Origin: an uncultured delta proteobacterium
GTDB lineage: Bacteria; Desulfobacterota; Binatia; Binatales; Binataceae
Direction: 5' to 3'
Length of the DNA stretch: 64,000 nt
NCBI GenBank assembly: GCA_963794325.1
Contig: CAWCDG010000003.1
Span: 96,001 to 160,000, forward strand
Part shown: piece after piece, positions 59,506 to 64,000 of the stretch
Numbering within the stretch: the first letter of the stretch is position 1
How the letters are laid out: each line of letters starts with the position of its first letter
Position numbers and translations under genes: made by a program
The notes under the pieces: generated by a model
The model's database searches: none
The model's input: the letters and a program-made list of their open reading frames with translations, nothing else
What the model was told of the DNA's origin: nothing

Positions 59506-62500
59506 TCAATGAAAATCGTGCGACGGCGGGATGGTGCCGGGAATCTTGATTTCCTCGAACCGGCGCGCGCGAATCGCGGTCACGCCGTCAACCTGTTGCA
59601 GAACCCCTTCCGCCATCAGGATACTGGCGCTGCGCAGCAGCAAACGGTTTTGCTGGAATAAGTCGGGCGTGACGATCAGGTTGGCGATCCCGGTTTCGTC
59701 CTCGAGCGTGATGAACAAAAAACCCTTGGCGGTGCCGGGACGTTGACGCACGATCACGACGCCCGCGGTCTTCACCCACGTCTGATGCTTGGCGCGGGTT
59801 AGATCGTCGGCGCTGAGAACTCCGCGCGCAGTCAAATCGGTGCGCAGATACGTCATCAGATGAGGGCCGGTGGTGAGGCCGGTCGCGGCGTAGTCGGCCA
59901 GCGTTTCATCGATCGGCGTCATCGATGCGAGGGGAACCTCGCTATCGCGCGGTTTCACGCCAGCCAGCAGGCTCGCGGGATCGCGTTCGACCGCGGCCGC
60001 GTTCCACATCGCGTCGCGCCGCGCCAGGCCGAACTCGGCGAACGCGCCCGCGTAGGCCAGCGCGTCGATCTCGCGGCGGTTCGGTCCGATGCGCGCAGTA
60101 AGATCAGCGATCGAATCGAACTGTCGCCGGGCGCGCTCGCTCTCAATACGAAGTCCAACTTCTTCGCGCAGGCCGGTGACGTATCGCAGTCCCATCCGCA
60201 TCGCGGGGCGCCCATCGACAATTTCGATTGTGCATTTCCAGTTCGAGCGGGTCACGTCGATCGGCAGCACGACGACACCGTGCCGCGCGGCGTCTTTGAC
60301 CAGCGTCGAGGGATGGTAGAAGCCGAGCGGATAGCAATTCAGCATCGCGGCAGTGAACGCTGCAGGGTGGTGGTACTTCAGATACGCGGACGCGTATGCG
60401 ATCAGCGCGAAGCTCGCCGCGTGTGACTCGGGAAATCCGTACAGCGCGAACGACGTGATCGAGCGCACGATGTCGTCGGCGACGCTGCCCTGCAGGCCGT
60501 TTCGCAGCATCCCGGCGCGCAAGCGTGCCTCGATTTTTTCCATCCGCTCCGCCGAGCGCTTGAATCCCATCGCGCGGCGCAGCTCCTCGGCCTCGCCGCC
60601 ACTGAACCCTGCCACCGTCATCGCCATTCGCAGCAACTGCTCCTGGAAAAGCGGGACGCCCAGCGTGCGTTTCAGTATCGGCTCGAGCGACGGATGCGGA
60701 TACTCGACGGGCGCGCGTTTGTTGCGGCGATCGAGATAGGGATGCACCATTTTGCCGACGATGGGGCCGGGGCGAATTATCGCGACCTCGACCACCAGAT
60801 CGTAAAATCGCTCGGGCTTCATCCGCGGCAAGGTCGCCATCTGTGCGCGGCTTTCGATCTGGAAAACGCCAACGGTGTCCGCGCGCCGAAGCATCGCGTA
60901 CACGTCGGGATCGTCGGCCGGTAGATGCGCGAGATCGATCTCGACTTCCTCATGCGCGCGGATCATCGGGATCGCTTCTTTCAGCGCGGCCAGCATCCCG
61001 AGTCCGAGCAGATCGATCTTGATGATGCCGAGGTCGGCGCAGTCGTCCTTGTCCCACTGAATCACGACGCGGCCGGGCATCGAGGCCGGCTCGAGCGGCA
61101 CGATCTCATCGAGCGGCTGCGCGGCGATCACCATGCCGCCGCTATGCTGCCCGAGATGACGCGGCAGGCTTTGAATTTTGCGCACGAGCTCGACCAGCAT
61201 TCTGATTCGCGGCGCTTCCGCATCGACGCCGCCGCGCTTGAGCAGCGCGACGAGATCGTCGTGATGGTCGCGGAACTCGTACACCTGGTTGAGCTTGGCG
61301 AGCCGGTCAACCTGTTCGGGCGAGAAGCCGAGCGTCTTGCCGACTTCGCGCACCGCGCTGCGAGTGCGATAAGTGATCACGTTCGCGGTCATCGCGGCGC
61401 CGCGTTCGCCGTAGCGGCGATAGACGTATTGAATCGCCATCTCGCGATCGTCGCCGCTAGGCAAGTCGAGATCGATGTCGGGCCATTCGCCACGCTCCTC
61501 CGACAGAAAGCGCTCGAACAGGAGTTCCATCTTGACGGCGTCCACCGCCGTGATTCCGAGCGCGTAACACACCGCGCTGTTGGCCGCGGAGCCGCGCCCC
61601 TGCACCATGATTCGGTTCTCGCGGCAGAACTGGACGATGTCCCAAACGATCAAGAAGTATCCGGCGAGCTTGAGCCGCTCGATGATCCCGAGCTCGTGTT
61701 CGAGTTGACGGCGAGTGCGATCGTCGATCGCGCCGCGCCATCGTTCGCGCGCACCCGCGTATGTGAGTATTCGCAAATAGCTGTCGGGCGTTTCGTTGGG
61801 TGGGAGCGGATAGTCGGGGAAGCGATAACCCATGTCGCAGAGCTGGAAAGTGCATCGCTCGGCAATCGCGCGCGTGGTGGCGACGGCAGCAGGGATATCG
61901 CGAAACAGCGCATTCATCTCGGCCGGAGATTTCAGATGGCGCTGGCTGTTGATCCACAGCGCGCGGCCAGCCTCCTCGAGCGTGGTCTTGAGACGGATGC
62001 AGGTCAGCACGTCGAGTAGCCTGCGATCCGAGCCGCCGTGGCATACGTCGTTGGTCGCGACAATCGGGATTCGCGCCGCATCGGCCAGCGCGGCGAGCTT
62101 GCGATTGAGGCGCTCCTCGCCGGCATCGAGATGCCGCTGCAAATCGATGTAGAAATTGTTCGCACCGAAAATCCCGCTCAGCCGGTTGCACAGATCGCGA
62201 GGATCGTCGCCGCGAATAAGCATCCGCGACAACGGGCTCATCACGCCGCCGGCCAGGCAGATAAGTCCGCTGCCATAGCGTTCGAGCTCGTCGAGCGTAA
62301 TTCGGCTCTCAGTCTTGGCGGGATAGACGGGTGCCGCGATGGAGCCGTCGCGAGAGAGCGCGCCGGGATTGAGCACGCGCATCTTGGAGTCGGTGATCAT
62401 GCGGCAGAGATTTTGGTAGCGCTTGCGATCGGGTGCGAGGAGGTAGAGGCGCGAATCGTCGTCGAGGGTCAGCTCGGCGCCGACGATTTGCCGGATGTTC

Positions 62501-62676
62501 GCGGCCTTCGCGGCCAGGTAAAAGCGCGGCGCACCGTAAAGTCCGTCGCGATCGCCAAGCGCCATCGCGCGGTAGCCGAGTTGCGCCGCGCGCGCCGCGA
62601 GATCCTCGGGCGTAGTCGCGCCTTCAAGAAAGCTGAAAGCACTGCGCGCGCGAAGCTCGATGTAATCGGAGTTCAT
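59506..62676 (-). CDS. dnaE2: Error-prone DNA polymerase DnaE2 (ImuC)
   Basis: SAFSFLEG PHP domain, GRGSAANS, PDIDLD, KIDLLGLGML and terminal SHDFH. Confidence 0.97.
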   Translation of the reverse strand: MNSDYIELRARSAFSFLEGATTPEDLAARAAQLGYRAMALGDRDGLYGAPRFYLAAKAANIRQIVGAELTLDDDSRLYLLAPDRKRYQNLCRMITDSKMRVLNPGALSRDGSIAAPVYPAKTESRITLDELERYGSGLICLAGGVMSPLSRMLIRGDDPRDLCNRLSGIFGANNFYIDLQRHLDAGEERLNRKLAALADAARIPIVATNDVCHGGSDRRLLDVLTCIRLKTTLEEAGRALWINSQRHLKSPAEMNALFRDIPAAVATTRAIAERCTFQLCDMGYRFPDYPLPPNETPDSYLRILTYAGARERWRGAIDDRTRRQLEHELGIIERLKLAGYFLIVWDIVQFCRENRIMVQGRGSAANSAVCYALGITAVDAVKMELLFERFLSEERGEWPDIDLDLPSGDDREMAIQYVYRRYGERGAAMTANVITYRTRSAVREVGKTLGFSPEQVDRLAKLNQVYEFRDHHDDLVALLKRGGVDAEAPRIRMLVELVRKIQSLPRHLGQHSGGMVIAAQPLDEIVPLEPASMPGRVVIQWDKDDCADLGIIKIDLLGLGMLAALKEAIPMIRAHEEVEIDLAHLPADDPDVYAMLRRADTVGVFQIESRAQMATLPRMKPERFYDLVVEVAIIRPGPIVGKMVHPYLDRRNKRAPVEYPHPSLEPILKRTLGVPLFQEQLLRMAMTVAGFSGGEAEELRRAMGFKRSAERMEKIEARLRAGMLRNGLQGSVADDIVRSITSFALYGFPESHAASFALIAYASAYLKYHHPAAFTAAMLNCYPLGFYHPSTLVKDAARHGVVVLPIDVTRSNWKCTIEIVDGRPAMRMGLRYVTGLREEVGLRIESERARRQFDSIADLTARIGPNRREIDALAYAGAFAEFGLARRDAMWNAAAVERDPASLLAGVKPRDSEVPLASMTPIDETLADYAATGLTTGPHLMTYLRTDLTARGVLSADDLTRAKHQTWVKTAGVVIVRQRPGTAKGFLFITLEDETGIANLIVTPDLFQQNRLLLRSASILMAEGVLQQVDGVTAIRARRFEEIKIPGTIPPSHDFH

Positions 62677-62695
62677 GGCGATGCGACACGATTGG

Positions 62696-64000
62696 TCAGT
62701 CGTAGGTGCCGTCGAGGAACCACTTGTGCGAATTCAGGTCGCGGAAGACGCGGTAGACGCCGCCGTCTTCGAGTGCGAGTTCGTAGTAATCGCGGATGAA
62801 GCCGCATTTATTGGCGCCATTCATTTCCGATCGCGCACCGTTTCCGTTAGCGCCATTGAGATGCGAAGTGGGCGAGGGCGTTGGCGTTAGCGAGGACAAT
62901 GCTTTGAGATTTTCCGCCGACACCTGGCGCGGATGCGCTCCGAACATGCGGCCGTCATGGAGTTCGAGGCCGTGCTTCGGTGCGGAATTTGTCTTGTCGG
63001 ATGAATCTGCGTGCGCATCAGTGTCCCCGGTGAATCCGAGCCACCATTCGCCGTCGCGCCGCCATGGGCCGGCGATCGAGATGACGCGCGCGCCGAGATT
63101 CTCGCCGCGGACGAATTCCGGAATCTCCCGCGAGCACATCACCTCGATTTCACGGGCCGGACGAATCGCGCGTATCACGAGTTGCGTCACATTTTTCGCG
63201 GGCGCATTTTCGGGGATCGGCAGCGCGGGCGGCGGCGCGAATGAATCAAGACGCGTCGCTTCGGGGCGATGCGAATTTTCTGCACTCAGCATGCCGACGT
63301 TGCCGGGGCCGCATAGCGCCGCCAAGCGCGCAATCGTGGTCTGCAACTTGTCGGGCGCGGGTGCGGGCGGCAGGAACATATCGGTCTGCGCGGGACGCGG
63401 GACGCGCGGCGCAATCTCGATTCGAATCGATTCGATGGCGGCCTCAGGCGGCGCCGATTCAAGACTCAGATTGATGAGCGTGAGAATCGCGCGGACGTCG
63501 TTCGACGGCGCCGCCACCTCGACCCGGCGATTGAAACTGCGATGACCGCTCATTCCGAATGCGAGCGTGATGTCGCCGGCCACCATGCCGCGAAGCGAAA
63601 GCCGATCGGCCAGCCGCTCGAGCATCGCGCGCATGACGAATCCCAGCGGCTCCAGGAGCTCGATTCCGTATTCGAGATCGACCATCTCGACGAAAAACTC
63701 GGCGCGGCGGCGCGGCACAATCGGCGCGTGACTGCCGCCGCGCGCGAGGCGCACCAGCTCGACGCCGCGACGTCCGAGCCGCGTGCCGACCGCGTCGGGA
63801 TTGAGGCGCGCCAGCTCGCCAAGGCGGCGCATCCCCCATCGCGCGAGCGTGGTTTCGAGGTCGTCGCCGCGATCCGATTTGCCGAGCCCGAGCATGTCGA
63901 GCGGCAGCCAGTTCAGGAATTCGCGCTCGCGGCCGGCTTCGATCACACGCACGCCGCCGCATCGCGCGGCCAGATGCGCCAATTCCTTGTTGGCCGCGAC
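62696..64000 (-). CDS. imuB: ImuB (inactive Y-family polymerase partner); 5' end outside the window
   Basis: QTDMF clamp motif, GPW..GEWW, RDYY and WFLDG; upstream of dnaE2. Confidence 0.88.
   Translation of the reverse strand, partial: VAANKELAHLAARCGGVRVIEAGREREFLNWLPLDMLGLGKSDRGDDLETTLARWGMRRLGELARLNPDAVGTRLGRRGVELVRLARGGSHAPIVPRRRAEFFVEMVDLEYGIELLEPLGFVMRAMLERLADRLSLRGMVAGDITLAFGMSGHRSFNRRVEVAAPSNDVRAILTLINLSLESAPPEAAIESIRIEIAPRVPRPAQTDMFLPPAPAPDKLQTTIARLAALCGPGNVGMLSAENSHRPEATRLDSFAPPPALPIPENAPAKNVTQLVIRAIRPAREIEVMCSREIPEFVRGENLGARVISIAGPWRRDGEWWLGFTGDTDAHADSSDKTNSAPKHGLELHDGRMFGAHPRQVSAENLKALSSLTPTPSPTSHLNGANGNGARSEMNGANKCGFIRDYYELALEDGGVYRVFRDLNSHKWFLDGTYD

Overview
A GC-rich bacterial chromosome segment. 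The gene style suggests a deltaproteobacteria-like soil lineage such as Ca. Binatota, but this is inference only. It opens with an isolated Mu-like DNA-packaging trio (DUF3486/gp27, terminase large subunit, DUF935 portal) with no head genes after it. An accessory region (about 4-22 kb) is crowded with several families of palindromic intergenic repeats and holds a passenger-carrying IS1595-family element inserted in the loop of a REP-like hairpin; an empty-site paralog of that target lies about 3 kb upstream. Housekeeping and metabolic genes follow: an ECF transporter, a DHS-like enzyme, glgB, yacG-lpxA, a ccmEFH-x-ABCD operon, dnaJ/cbpA-cbpM, CoA-transferases, pepP, an orphan Flp pilin, uppP and glyA. 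Near the end are an F420/diiron aromatic-type cluster (PaaA-like protein, aryl-AMP ligase, heme-oxygenase-like diiron protein) and imuB-dnaE2. About ten frameshifts, mostly apparent single-base insertions, point to sequencing error. No rRNA, tRNA or CRISPR array was found. The best leads are the hairpin-targeted IS1595, a covarying multi-hairpin repeat family (A) that brackets cargo genes, the stand-alone packaging module and the two-diiron-enzyme operon.
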